Assembly: GCA_944392225.1 (NCBI GenBank)
Contig: CALXWB010000006.1
Location: 1-58,748 of the forward strand
Source: an uncultured Alphaproteobacteria bacterium
Lineage (GTDB): Bacteria; Pseudomonadota; Alphaproteobacteria; RF32; CAG-239
DNA: 58,748 nucleotides
Direction of reading: 5' to 3'
Position 1 is the stretch's first letter, and the number at the start of each line of letters is the position of its first letter. Shown piece after piece: positions 27,636 to 37,926 of the stretch. A program made the position numbers and the translations under genes. Under the pieces are notes generated by a model, which did not search any database, was not told the DNA's origin, and saw only the letters and a list, made by a program, of their open reading frames with translations.

Positions 27636-28808
27636 TTATTTTTGATAGATTTGGCTGCCATAAGGAATGTCATTGCCGATACCGGGGGCCAAATATTTGC
27701 TTTGGATAAAACCCATCTCCCCTTCATCCAGCATAATCCTGGACCAGGTTTTGTCCGGGGAAATGCCCGTCAGGCGCACCGTTGTTCCCTCTTTTAGTCT
27801 TTTGAGGACATCAAAATCTTCTGACGGACCATACATCACTTTTTGCTCTGATTTTAGGTGATATAGTTTGGAAATGTCTGTGATATCGACAGGGATTTTT
27901 ATGATTTTGCCAACAACCATATCATCACTTATCACATCGCCATCATTAAAAACAACCTGCTGGTTATATTCAATACTATCTTTATGCTGAAAATATTTTG
28001 CAATAGAATCATAGGGCAAAAATTTTATCATTGTCGGCAAGACAACAATCAAAACCAGCAAAAGCGGAATGAACAGTTGGACCAAACGCAGAGCCCCGAA
28101 ATTCCAGCTTTTAATCTCAAAGTTTGGCTTGAGCCCAAGTTTTGTCATGAGCTTTTTTAACAAAGTTTTTTGATAAGCATCGGCATATTTTCCGGCAATC
28201 ACCGCAGAAATATAGGCATTGCCAAGCTGCTTGTTTTGCCAATAGGCCAAAGCATTATGTGCCCAAAGCTGATAGTTTTGCGCTCTGTTTTTATCCACGC
28301 CGTTAAAATTGTTTATTATGGCTTTGATATTTTGTTTGAAAGCCTTCAAACTCCACCAACCGCAAAGCCAGTTCACGACAGACGTGGAAAAAGCCTCTTT
28401 TATGGCTTCATTATAATTGCAGATTTTGTCTTCACAACTTATTTCTTCCCCGATGATTTTGCCCTTAACCTTGGTCAGGCTTATTGCTTTGAGATTAAAG
28501 TCATCGCGGCCTTGCCCGTTTTTATAGGGCTTTAACGAAAACAGCGGCGGCATTTTTTCTGCCGGATATGCCGAACACAAAATATCATAGGTCAGGCGTT
28601 TGTTCTCATTGCTGATGATATCATAGGCAACCGACAATTTTTGAAAATTTTCTTTGGCCTCATCACTACTGTTATGGTCCGGGTGCCAGCGTTTGGCTCG
28701 CTCCCGATATTTCAGCTTGGCCAAATTTTCATCAGCATCATATGAAACTCCTATGATGCGATAATAGCCCAAAGCATCTTTGCTATATGTTTTCATCTGT
28801 TCCGTCAT
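27636..28808 (-). CDS. J-domain membrane protein with C-terminal SH3b-like domain
   Basis: YYRIIGV...WHPD J-domain, TM segment, YGPSEDFDVL...GTTVRL...WSRI...GFIQSKYL; ATGA overlap with upstream gene. Confidence 0.8.
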   Translation of the reverse strand: MTEQMKTYSKDALGYYRIIGVSYDADENLAKLKYRERAKRWHPDHNSSDEAKENFQKLSVAYDIISNENKRLTYDILCSAYPAEKMPPLFSLKPYKNGQGRDDFNLKAISLTKVKGKIIGEEISCEDKICNYNEAIKEAFSTSVVNWLCGWWSLKAFKQNIKAIINNFNGVDKNRAQNYQLWAHNALAYWQNKQLGNAYISAVIAGKYADAYQKTLLKKLMTKLGLKPNFEIKSWNFGALRLVQLFIPLLLVLIVVLPTMIKFLPYDSIAKYFQHKDSIEYNQQVVFNDGDVISDDMVVGKIIKIPVDITDISKLYHLKSEQKVMYGPSEDFDVLKRLKEGTTVRLTGISPDKTWSRIMLDEGEMGFIQSKYLAPGIGNDIPYGSQIYQK

Positions 28809-30460
28809 ACGTAAAAACCTTGTTTGATGTTTTCCGTTTGTGACTCATTTTCACATATCTTTATAAAATTTTCTTTAACATTTATTCTGATGTTACCGAC
28901 ATAGTGCAAAGCATTTAACGTGGTTTTGAATATGGCAAAAATGTTTTTCTTTAAATCGTCATCTATCTCTTTTGATGTGCGGATTATCAAATCAAAATTT
29001 CTTTCTTTGCGATATGAAAAGCCGTCAAACTGAAACATGCCCAGCGCGGTAAAATTGGTATCAACCACAAAGCGCGTGGCTTTGGCGCCTTTTCTGCGCT
29101 TTTTGTTTTGCTCTTGAGAATCTTCTATATTTTTGATGGCAATGCGAATGTGGCTCAACTGTTCTCCGTTTAATATCGGCATATCTATTATTTTCCAGTT
29201 TTGCACTTCTCGAATCGAACTTTGCACCACCTCATGCAAGCGGTTCAGCACCTCTTGACCACCTGTTCCTTGTCGGTTCAAATCTTGCACCAAATCTTTA
29301 CCCAGCCAGGCGGAAACGTTTTTTTGCAAAGCCGCTTTGGTGTAATTTAAAACACTTTCGGTAATATTTTCATTGGCGCCGGGAAATTTTTGTATGATTT
29401 CGGCCACGAGTTTGGTTTGGTTATTTTTCTCCAGCGGCTCAAATATTTTCACCAGCTTTTGCAGTTCTTGTCCTTCCACACCGGCCAGCAAATTTTTAAA
29501 TATTTTTACCGCGGAGATTAATTTTTCCGATAAATTTTGGCTGGCATTTATTTCTTGGTTTTGCTTTGGTAATTCTATATCCGGCAATTTGACATCTACA
29601 ATCTCCAACAAAACTTGTTTTTGATTTTCCATTTTCATTAAATTATCCGGCAGGAAATTTCCCATTACCGTGCGTAGGGCCAAAAGCTTGCTGTCCGGGC
29701 TGGAAAATGCCGCGCCGGTAAAATGTGTGTTTTTCAAAGATAAAAGCTCGTTTTTTATCTGCTCAACCACCTGGTTTGTTTCTGCCACATTCGGCAGCCT
29801 GCCTTTGGTTTGAGCCACAAATCGGTTTAATATCAGCTCCAGGCGCTCAATCGAACTTTGGATGACCTCTCCTTTGGGCAGAATATTTCCTCCCTGCTGA
29901 GCCATATTGTTTGCCAGAGATACATCTTTTATTTTGATGGAAACTTGAGCGTTGCTGAAATTTTGTTTCAAAATCTGACGCACATTTTCCGGCAAGTTTA
30001 TTCTTTTGGATATGGTCTTTAAAATATAATTGACTTTCATCGGGTGAAAATCAGCATTATTAAAAGCCTGATTATTTTTAACGATAACTGCCGTTTCTGC
30101 TCGGGGCTGATTTTTTACAATTTCATTTGTGCTTAAATTTGCCGTCGGAAGTTTTATTTCTGCTTTGTTGTCACCTGTGGCACTTACTTTGACCTGAATG
30201 TTATCCGGGAAATTTTGCCCGTTTTTTATCTCGCCCGAAAGCTTGACCGAAACTTCAACCTGCTGGCCGTTTATCTCAACCAAAGCCTTGAAAGCATTGG
30301 GCTGAAATGACATATCTTTTATGATTTGCAAGCGCAAATCTTGACCCGCTTTGAGAAACTCTTGCACCTCTGCCGGCAAGTTTGATATCTCGCCTTTGAT
30401 GCTGCTTTCCGGCGGGGTTAGATTGGGTGTTTGCACTATCGGCGGAATAATATCAGCCAT
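28805..30460 (-). CDS. Flagellar-operon protein with FliK-like C-terminus
   Basis: RFVVDTNFTALGMFQFDG...FDLIIRT; overlaps the flhG stop; start ATG 30460. Confidence 0.6.
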   Translation of the reverse strand: MADIIPPIVQTPNLTPPESSIKGEISNLPAEVQEFLKAGQDLRLQIIKDMSFQPNAFKALVEINGQQVEVSVKLSGEIKNGQNFPDNIQVKVSATGDNKAEIKLPTANLSTNEIVKNQPRAETAVIVKNNQAFNNADFHPMKVNYILKTISKRINLPENVRQILKQNFSNAQVSIKIKDVSLANNMAQQGGNILPKGEVIQSSIERLELILNRFVAQTKGRLPNVAETNQVVEQIKNELLSLKNTHFTGAAFSSPDSKLLALRTVMGNFLPDNLMKMENQKQVLLEIVDVKLPDIELPKQNQEINASQNLSEKLISAVKIFKNLLAGVEGQELQKLVKIFEPLEKNNQTKLVAEIIQKFPGANENITESVLNYTKAALQKNVSAWLGKDLVQDLNRQGTGGQEVLNRLHEVVQSSIREVQNWKIIDMPILNGEQLSHIRIAIKNIEDSQEQNKKRRKGAKATRFVVDTNFTALGMFQFDGFSYRKERNFDLIIRTSKEIDDDLKKNIFAIFKTTLNALHYVGNIRINVKENFIKICENESQTENIKQGFYV

Positions 30461-31265
30461 TGGCCAAAACCTTTTTGGCAATGCTTATCACATCTTCTGC
30501 CGCTTCTGATGTGGGATAGCGATTAATAATCGGGGTTTGGTTTCTGATTGAATCTCTCACCCTGGTATCGCGGCGAACAATGCCCAACAAAGGCGGATTT
30601 ATCTTCAAAAAATTGGTGCAGGCTTTAAGCAACGTATCATACGTTCTTTGCCCTTCCCTGATATTGACCGCTTGGTTGACCACAATGCCAATCTCGCTCT
30701 TGGGATATTGCATGGTCATGATTTTGATAAAAGCATAGGCATCGGTCAGTGATGTCGGCTCGTCGGTGCACAAAACTATGATTTTTTCTGCCAAGCCCGA
30801 TAATATTCGCACCGGCTTTTCAACCCCTGCTCCCATGTCCAATATCACTTTATTATAAGATGAAGCTAATAGGGACAAGTCTTCTCCCAAAATTTGCAGC
30901 CGGCCTATCGGCATGGAGGCCAAGCCGGCCGAACCCGAGCGCCCGGCTATCACATCAAAACGGCCTTTATCATAATGCTGAACAACCTGATTTAGCGTCA
31001 ATTTTCCGGCGACCACACTGCCTAAGTCATATTGCGTCATCAGCCCCAATTGGATATCTATATTGGCCAAGCCAAAATCGGCATCAAAAAGCAATGTCTT
31101 TTGCCGCATCAGACTCAAGGCCTGTGCCAGGGTTATGGAAAACCACGTTTTGCCCACACCGCCTTTACCCGATGCCACGGCAATCAGATTTCTGCCTTTT
31201 CTCACGCTGCGGCTTATGGGCCCCCGAGGCATGATTTTTAATTCTTCCGAAATTTGATTTTCCAT
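30453..31265 (-). CDS. flhG: MinD/ParA-like flagellar ATPase FlhG/FleN
   Basis: SGKGGVGKT, DADFGLANID, EPTSLTDAYAFIK; follows flhF. Confidence 0.92.
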   Translation of the reverse strand: MENQISEELKIMPRGPISRSVRKGRNLIAVASGKGGVGKTWFSITLAQALSLMRQKTLLFDADFGLANIDIQLGLMTQYDLGSVVAGKLTLNQVVQHYDKGRFDVIAGRSGSAGLASMPIGRLQILGEDLSLLASSYNKVILDMGAGVEKPVRILSGLAEKIIVLCTDEPTSLTDAYAFIKIMTMQYPKSEIGIVVNQAVNIREGQRTYDTLLKACTNFLKINPPLLGIVRRDTRVRDSIRNQTPIINRYPTSEAAEDVISIAKKVLANG

Positions 31266-31283
31266 TTTTCCCTCTTTCTGTTT

Positions 31284-32246
31284 CTAGGCCGCACTCAAAA
31301 CCAAACGGCTTAATGATTTGGCATCAATTGCAGATAATCCGTTGGCAATTGATGAACTCACACTTGCTGCACAAAAGCTCATGTCACAACATGCGGCAAC
31401 CGATAATACCGTTCCTATTCTGCGGGTTAAATCAAGGCGCGTGGGCAAAAGATATTTGGCCCCAATCTCGGCAAATATTTCTGCAATTTCCACCGCTTCT
31501 ATCGTGTTTCTGCCGGAATCCATCGTCAGAATAAACTGACCTTTTATCTGGCGGCAAAAATTTTCCACTTTCAAAACTTCTTTATCTATAAACGGGTTTA
31601 TTCCCGGCGTGTCTATCAGCACCAGCCCATATCTCTCTTTGGCTTCTTTCACCTTTTGTAGCAAAGCTTTTTCTTCCGGGCAAAAATAAAAATCCGTTTC
31701 CAAAATTTTGGCAAAAGCCTCTAATTGTTTGTTGGCTCCGGCGCGGACATTATCCGTGCTGATGATGCAGCAAGATATCTTTTGAAACTTGGCTTGCGTA
31801 GCTGTTTTGGCAATGGCCGTCGATTTTCCGCTGCCCGAAGTGCCCATGAATAATTTAACGGGATGACGCATATCCAAAATATCGCTATAGGCATACAGCT
31901 TGCTCAATGTTTGGGTCAAGATTTCTCCTTCATCTTTGAGGGGGAATTGTCTTTCTATATCCCGTGCCGTGGCCAAAATTTTGTCTTTTACCACATCTAA
32001 AACACCGTGATAATCCAAACACTCACGCAGTTTTTGCAGCTCAAATATCGGCTTTGTCGAAACCTCTTCCGGCTTATCTTCAATTTCAAAACTCAAATCC
32101 GTATCTTCATCAACCGCTGCCATGACCAAAATCGTGCCGTCTGCTTTTTTTTCCGATGAAATTATGGCCGCATCAGCCCCCAGCTCTGACTTGATTATTG
32201 CCAAAGCCTCACTCATGTTTGCCGCGGATATTTGCTTGATTTTCAT
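31284..32246 (-). CDS. flhF: Flagellar SRP-type GTPase FlhF
   Basis: MSEALAIIKSELGADAAII N-terminus, GSGKST, DNVRAGA, DTPG, TRLD. Confidence 0.9.
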   Translation of the reverse strand: MKIKQISAANMSEALAIIKSELGADAAIISSEKKADGTILVMAAVDEDTDLSFEIEDKPEEVSTKPIFELQKLRECLDYHGVLDVVKDKILATARDIERQFPLKDEGEILTQTLSKLYAYSDILDMRHPVKLFMGTSGSGKSTAIAKTATQAKFQKISCCIISTDNVRAGANKQLEAFAKILETDFYFCPEEKALLQKVKEAKERYGLVLIDTPGINPFIDKEVLKVENFCRQIKGQFILTMDSGRNTIEAVEIAEIFAEIGAKYLLPTRLDLTRRIGTVLSVAACCDMSFCAASVSSSIANGLSAIDAKSLSRLVLSAA

Positions 32247-32255
32247 CGGCTAACC

Positions 32256-34364
32256 TCAAATTTGGCCAACGGTTTTAATCTTGGCTTTCGGGTGAATCTC
32301 ATTTTGCGACATAACCACCGTCATCGGGCGGAAACGCTCAATGATTGAACGCACAAACGGTCTGATATTCGGGCTGGTTAACAAAACCGGGTTTTCCCCT
32401 TTGGCAGCCAAATTTTCTATCACATCTCTGACTTTGGTGATGAAGTTTTGTAAGGTGCTCGGCGCCATGGCCAACTGTCTGTCATCTCCTTCTCCGACAA
32501 TCGACTCTGCAAAAGCCTGTTCCCAAGAAGGCGACAATGTGACCAATGATATCACGCCGAACTCGTTGGCGTAGGCATTAGATAACTGGCGCGCCAAACG
32601 CGTGCGGACATGCTCGGTTATCATCATCAAACTGCGGGTGGTGGTCACGGCTTCCGAAATGCCTTCCAAAATGGTGGGCAAATCTCTTATGGAGACACGC
32701 TCTTGCAACAAATTTTGCAAAATGCGCTGCACCGCACCCAAGCTGACCTTGTTGGGAATCAGCTCTTTGACCAGTTTTTGTTGTTCTTTATCCAGCTCAT
32801 CCAGCAATTTTTGCGTCTCAGCATAAGATAATAACTCAGGCATGTTATCTTTCACCAGCTCGGTGATATGCGTGGTCACAACCGTTGAGGGATCTACTAC
32901 CGTATAGCCTCTAAACATGGCTTCTTCTCGATATGATTGGTCCACCCACATGGCTTTCAAACCAAAGGTCGGCTCGGTTGTATCTTCTCCGGGAAGATTA
33001 ATCTTTTCCCCTCTCGGGTCCATCACCAACAATTGCGTCGGGCGCAGTTCTCCCCTGCCGCTTTTAACCTCCTTAATATAAATATTATATTCATTTGGGG
33101 CCAATTGCATGTTATCTTGAATGCGGATGGAGGGCATGACAAAACCTAATTCTGAGGCCAAGGCTCTTCTCAAAGCTTTTATCTGATCCGTCAACTTCTT
33201 ATTGGTTTCTTCATTAATCAGCGGCAACAAGCCATATCCGATTTCCAGGCGAATCAGGTCTATTTTCAAAGCTGTTGAAATCGGCTCTTCAGCAGCTTTT
33301 GAGCCAACTTGTTTCTGCTCTTGTTCCATAACCTCTTGCGCTTGCGCCTGGGCTTCTTTTTGCCTTTTATCCAGATAATAGGCGGTTGAGCCGGTTAAGG
33401 TGGCCAACAAAACAAACGGAATGGCCGGCGTGCCCGGCAACATGCCCAAAGCCAAAGCCAAGAAAGCAGACATACCCAAAGCTTTTGGATAGTTGGCAAC
33501 CTGGTCAAACAAAACCTTATCCGTGGCATCGGTCATACCGGCTTTGGAAACCAAAATACCGGCGGCTACGGAAACAATCAAGGCCGGAACTTGAGATACC
33601 AGACCATCACCAACCGTCAATAGCGTATATGTTGAACCGGCCTGCGCAAAGCTCAAATCATTTTGCACCATACCAATAATAATACCGGCCACGATGTTAA
33701 TAAACGTGATAATCAAACCGGCAATGGCATCTCCTCTGACGAACTTGCTGGCACCATCCATCGCTCCGTAAAATGAGCTTTCTTTGGAAAGGTCTTCTCT
33801 TCTTTTTCTGGCTTCGTCTTCATTTATCAAGCCGGAAGACAAGTCGGCATCTATGGCCATTTGCTTACCGGGCATGGCATCCAAAGCAAAACGGGCGGCA
33901 ACTTCTGCAATACGCCCCGAACCTTTGGTGATGACCACAAAGTTGACCAAAACCAAAATGGCAAACACAATCACACCAATCACAAAATTGTTGCCCATGA
34001 TAAAACCACCGAAAGCCTTAATCACTTCACCGGCGGCATCGGGCCCCATATAGCCTCGGGACAAAATCAAACGCGTGGAGGCCAGGTTTAAGGCCAAACG
34101 ATACATCGTGGTGATTAACAAAACCAACGGAAAGGCACTAAACTCTGTCGGCTTTTCAATAAAAATGGCGGTCATCAAAACCAGGCAAGACATGGTAATA
34201 GACAAGGCCAAGGCAATATCCAATAGCCATGCCGGCATTGGCATAATCAAAATCACCAACATCAAAATAATCGACAAAGCAAAAAGCAGGTCACCCCTCT
34301 TGGTGGCGCCCAACAGCATGTCTTTAAATGATTTGTTGCCAAATATGTTATTTTGCATTGCCAT
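32256..34364 (-). CDS. flhA: Flagellar export gate protein FlhA
   Basis: RIAEVAARFALDAMPGKQMAIDADL, FYGAMDGASKFVRGDA, LTVGDGLVSQVPAL. Confidence 0.98.
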   Translation of the reverse strand: MAMQNNIFGNKSFKDMLLGATKRGDLLFALSIILMLVILIMPMPAWLLDIALALSITMSCLVLMTAIFIEKPTEFSAFPLVLLITTMYRLALNLASTRLILSRGYMGPDAAGEVIKAFGGFIMGNNFVIGVIVFAILVLVNFVVITKGSGRIAEVAARFALDAMPGKQMAIDADLSSGLINEDEARKRREDLSKESSFYGAMDGASKFVRGDAIAGLIITFINIVAGIIIGMVQNDLSFAQAGSTYTLLTVGDGLVSQVPALIVSVAAGILVSKAGMTDATDKVLFDQVANYPKALGMSAFLALALGMLPGTPAIPFVLLATLTGSTAYYLDKRQKEAQAQAQEVMEQEQKQVGSKAAEEPISTALKIDLIRLEIGYGLLPLINEETNKKLTDQIKALRRALASELGFVMPSIRIQDNMQLAPNEYNIYIKEVKSGRGELRPTQLLVMDPRGEKINLPGEDTTEPTFGLKAMWVDQSYREEAMFRGYTVVDPSTVVTTHITELVKDNMPELLSYAETQKLLDELDKEQQKLVKELIPNKVSLGAVQRILQNLLQERVSIRDLPTILEGISEAVTTTRSLMMITEHVRTRLARQLSNAYANEFGVISLVTLSPSWEQAFAESIVGEGDDRQLAMAPSTLQNFITKVRDVIENLAAKGENPVLLTSPNIRPFVRSIIERFRPMTVVMSQNEIHPKAKIKTVGQI

Positions 34365-34375
34365 TTTTATTTATC

Positions 34376-35710
34376 TTATTTTTCCGATGTTACGTTATAA
34401 CCTTCTGCCTCATATTGTTTGAGCTTGTTGCGCAGGGTTCTGATTGATATACCTAAAATTTGCGCTGCAACAGTGCGGTTGCCTAATGTGTGTTTGAGCG
34501 TGTCTATTATCAAATTGCGCTCCATTGAAGCAACCGTGGTGCCGAACGGGGTACTCATGCCGCTTGTTTGAGCCGGAGCTTGCGGCTCTTGCGTTTTATT
34601 GATTATCGAATCGGCATCATCCAAAATGATGGCCTCTTCTCCAATTTCGTCCCCCGTGCTTAGTAACACGGCACGATGAATGGTATTTTCAAGCTCACGC
34701 ACATTTCCCGGCCAAAGATAATTTAACAATTTTTCTTCCGCTTTTCTACTCATCGGTTTCATCGGCAGCTCATTTAATTCGGAATATTTTTTCACAAAAT
34801 GTTTGGCCAAAACAACAATGTCTCCGGGGCGATCTTTTAATGAGGGAATGTGAATATTGACCACATTCAAACGATAATATAAGTCTTGACGAAAAGTGCC
34901 GTTCTTGACTGCCTCGGCCAAATCTCGGTTGGAGGTGGCGATGATGCGCGTGTTGATTTTTATCGGTGCTTTGCCGCCAATTCGGTCAATTTCTTTTTCT
35001 TGAATGGCACGCAGCAATTTTGCCTGAATTCCAATATCCATTTCTGAAATTTCATCTAAGAGCAAAGTGCCGTCCGAGGCTTCTTCAAACTTGCCGATAC
35101 GACGAGCCACGGCGCCCGTGAATGCACCTTTTTCATAGCCAAATAATTCTGATTCAAGCAAGGTTTCGGGAATGGCTGCACAGTTTACGGCAACAAATTT
35201 TTTGTTGGCACGTTTGGAATTGTCATGAATAAAACGAGAAAAAATTTCTTTACCTGTTCCCGATGCTCCCGTCAATAATATGCTGGCCTCAGACGGGGCT
35301 ACTTGCTTGGCCATTTTTAAAATAGCCTCGGTTTTTTTGTCACCATATATCAGTGCATGGTTTTCTCTGGTGGCTGCCGCCAATACCGCACCAATCAGCT
35401 CCGGGTCGGGCGGAAGCGGAATATACTCTTTGGCACCTGCTTTGATGGCTTTGACCGCCAATGTCGGATCATTGGCTACGCCGCAAGCCACAACCAAAAC
35501 ATTTATTCTTTCACTCTCTAAAGATTGAATAAATTTATAGACATCTAACTTGACGTCTATCATCACCAGCTCTATGGCTTTGCCGGAACGCAATATCTCC
35601 AGCGCAGCTTCTTCCGTATCTGCCAAGCTCACCTGTCCGCCTTGCGAAATGGCAATCTTGCTCGCTGCACCGATTTGGCCGTCTAATGTTCCGACAATTA
35701 ATAACTCCAC
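34376..35710 (-). CDS. flbD: Sigma54-dependent flagellar activator FlbD
   Basis: Receiver domain, GASGTGKE, ESELFGYEKGAFTGA, WPGNVRELEN, Fis-type HTH; inside the flagellar operon. Confidence 0.9.
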   Translation of the reverse strand: MELLIVGTLDGQIGAASKIAISQGGQVSLADTEEAALEILRSGKAIELVMIDVKLDVYKFIQSLESERINVLVVACGVANDPTLAVKAIKAGAKEYIPLPPDPELIGAVLAAATRENHALIYGDKKTEAILKMAKQVAPSEASILLTGASGTGKEIFSRFIHDNSKRANKKFVAVNCAAIPETLLESELFGYEKGAFTGAVARRIGKFEEASDGTLLLDEISEMDIGIQAKLLRAIQEKEIDRIGGKAPIKINTRIIATSNRDLAEAVKNGTFRQDLYYRLNVVNIHIPSLKDRPGDIVVLAKHFVKKYSELNELPMKPMSRKAEEKLLNYLWPGNVRELENTIHRAVLLSTGDEIGEEAIILDDADSIINKTQEPQAPAQTSGMSTPFGTTVASMERNLIIDTLKHTLGNRTVAAQILGISIRTLRNKLKQYEAEGYNVTSEK

Positions 35711-35737
35711 TTTTTTACCCTCTGATCTCTACCTTTG

Positions 35738-36088
35738 TTATTTTGCGGCTTTGACAACCTCGGTCATGGTTATGCCCAATTTGTCATCAACCACAACAAC
35801 CTCTCCTCTGGCAACCAGATTGTTGTTGACATAGACATCTATGGCTTCGCCAACCTTGCGGTCAAGCTCTATGATGGCGCCCTTGTTCAAGCTCATCAGC
35901 TGGCTGACTTTCATCTTGGTTTTGCCCAAAACCGCCGATACTTTCACCGGAATCTCATATATTGCTTCCAAATCATTGACAGAGCTCGGGATGTTGAAGT
36001 TGTCCATGTCTTCTTGCGTGCGCAAAATCGGCTCTTCTCCGACGTTGCCGTTGTCGCTCATTTCATCTAACTCTAAGTTCTTATCCAT
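35738..36088 (-). CDS. fliN: Flagellar switch protein FliN
   Basis: IPVKVSAVLG, LDRKVGEAIDVYVNN, ARGEVVVV. Confidence 0.96.
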   Translation of the reverse strand: MDKNLELDEMSDNGNVGEEPILRTQEDMDNFNIPSSVNDLEAIYEIPVKVSAVLGKTKMKVSQLMSLNKGAIIELDRKVGEAIDVYVNNNLVARGEVVVVDDKLGITMTEVVKAAK

Positions 36089-36100
36089 TTTTTCCTCGTT

Positions 36101-36862
36101 TTATTTATGTTTATTGGCTTCTAATATTTTGTTGGCTTTTTCCAGCATCTGTCTGCCGTTCCTTTCAACACCGCCGCTCTCCCATTCCACACGGCAATCC
36201 GAGGGCAACATGCTCTCATCTTTATGAAGAGATATCTTGCCTTCAAAGTCGTTTTTGTTGGCCAGTTTTGCTATCTCTTCCTGAACAAACGGCAAAACTT
36301 CAGGATGAAAATAAAACGCCAATTTGTCTTCATCCTTAAAACTGGCAAAGTTTTTCTCTAAAAACTCTTTGACCAATTTTTGCGCCATTTTGGCTTCCAA
36401 TATCGGAACCAGCTTTTGAATCACATTTTGTGATATTTCTATAATCCGATTGTCTGAGGCATCTTCTTGCTGCTTGTTGTCTGACAATAATATCATCAAA
36501 CGGTTGTTTATCTCAGACAACAGCGCATCATGCATTTGTTCCGCTTCGGCTTTGGCTTTTTCATAGCCTTCCGCATAGCCTTTGTCATGAGCTTCTTTCT
36601 CTTTTGCCTGCACCTCTTCTTCACTAAAGGTTATCACTTCTTCTTCCGGGTAAACAGGGGCCGGCGGCTCCGGCGCTTTAACTTCTTCCGGTTGAGGAAG
36701 CACCTCTTCTTGCAAGGGTTCTGCCTGCGGTTCTTCTTTTTCAGCTTTTTCCTCTTCTTGCACCGCGTCTATGCTGCTGTTGTTTTCCCAGCCTTCAACA
36801 TAAGGTTGATTATATTCATCCAAGATGAAATTATCAAACTGAAATTTTTCAAATTTTGACAT
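36101..36862 (-). CDS. fliH: Flagellar export protein FliH
   Basis: KFQFDNF N-terminus, AxxxGxxxG repeats, DCRVEWESGGVER; between fliG and fliN. Confidence 0.88.
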   Translation of the reverse strand: MSKFEKFQFDNFILDEYNQPYVEGWENNSSIDAVQEEEKAEKEEPQAEPLQEEVLPQPEEVKAPEPPAPVYPEEEVITFSEEEVQAKEKEAHDKGYAEGYEKAKAEAEQMHDALLSEINNRLMILLSDNKQQEDASDNRIIEISQNVIQKLVPILEAKMAQKLVKEFLEKNFASFKDEDKLAFYFHPEVLPFVQEEIAKLANKNDFEGKISLHKDESMLPSDCRVEWESGGVERNGRQMLEKANKILEANKHK

Positions 36863-36887
36863 CAACCCTTCTCCGTCTGATTTTCAA

Positions 36888-37910
36888 CTAGTAAATCAGC
36901 TCATCATTTTCTTTACCTTCACTAATCACAATCTCACCGGCGTTCGAAAGCTCTTTAGTGGTGGTAACAATATATTGTTGTGCTTCTTCAACATCGCGCA
37001 GGCGAACAGGTCCCATGGCTTCCATATCTTCTTTGATAATCTTTCCGGCACGGGTGGACATGTTGTTGAAGAACAAATCTTTGATGGTGTCTGATGCACC
37101 TTTCAAGGCAATTGCCAGCTTGTCTTTATCGACATTGCGCAGCAAAACTTGAATACCTTGAGAATCGACCCTGACCAAATCTTCAAACGTAAACATAAGA
37201 GATTTGACGCGTTCGGCACTCTCGCGGTTTCTTTCTTCCAAGGCTTCCATAAACCGACTCTCGGTATTGCGATCCAAAGAGTTGAAAATATCGGCAATGA
37301 GCTCGTGCGCATCGCGTCTGGAAGACTTGGACAGATTGCTCATAAACTCTTTGCGCAAGGTCTTTTCCAAACCATCCAAAACTTCTTTTTGCACCGAATC
37401 CATTCTGAGCATGCGCATGACAATTTCCATGGCAAAATTTTCCGGCAACAACGCAATGACCTTGGCTGCGTGTTCTGCCTTGATCTTTGACAAAATAACG
37501 GCAATGGTTTGCGGATATTCGTTTTTCAAATAGTTGGCCAAAACATGCTCGTTGACATTGCCCAGTTTGTCCCACATCGTGCGGCCTGCCGGACCTCTGA
37601 TCTCTTCCATAATCACGGATACGCGGTCTTTATCCAGAGCTTTGGACAATAATCTTTCCGTGCTCTCGTATGTGCCCATTAACATGCCGCTGTTGGAAGC
37701 TCTTTCTATAAACTCATCAAAAAGTTGCTCCACAACATTGGAGTTGACCTTGCCCAAGCTGGCCATGACAACAGACAGCTCTTTTATCTCTTCATCGTCC
37801 ATTAAGGCAAACAAAGATGATGACCTCTCGTCGTTTAGAGAGAGCATCAAAATGGCTGCTTTCTGCTGGCCGCTAAGTAAGTTATAATCATCTATCACAT
37901 TTGGTTTCAT
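36888..37910 (-). CDS. fliG: Flagellar rotor protein FliG
   Basis: QKAAILML, EYPQTIAVILS, MFTFEDL, NMSTRA...EDME...GPVRLRDVEEAQ. Confidence 0.97.
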   Translation of the reverse strand: MKPNVIDDYNLLSGQQKAAILMLSLNDERSSSLFALMDDEEIKELSVVMASLGKVNSNVVEQLFDEFIERASNSGMLMGTYESTERLLSKALDKDRVSVIMEEIRGPAGRTMWDKLGNVNEHVLANYLKNEYPQTIAVILSKIKAEHAAKVIALLPENFAMEIVMRMLRMDSVQKEVLDGLEKTLRKEFMSNLSKSSRRDAHELIADIFNSLDRNTESRFMEALEERNRESAERVKSLMFTFEDLVRVDSQGIQVLLRNVDKDKLAIALKGASDTIKDLFFNNMSTRAGKIIKEDMEAMGPVRLRDVEEAQQYIVTTTKELSNAGEIVISEGKENDELIY

Positions 37911-37926
37911 GTTTTTATCCTCTCAC

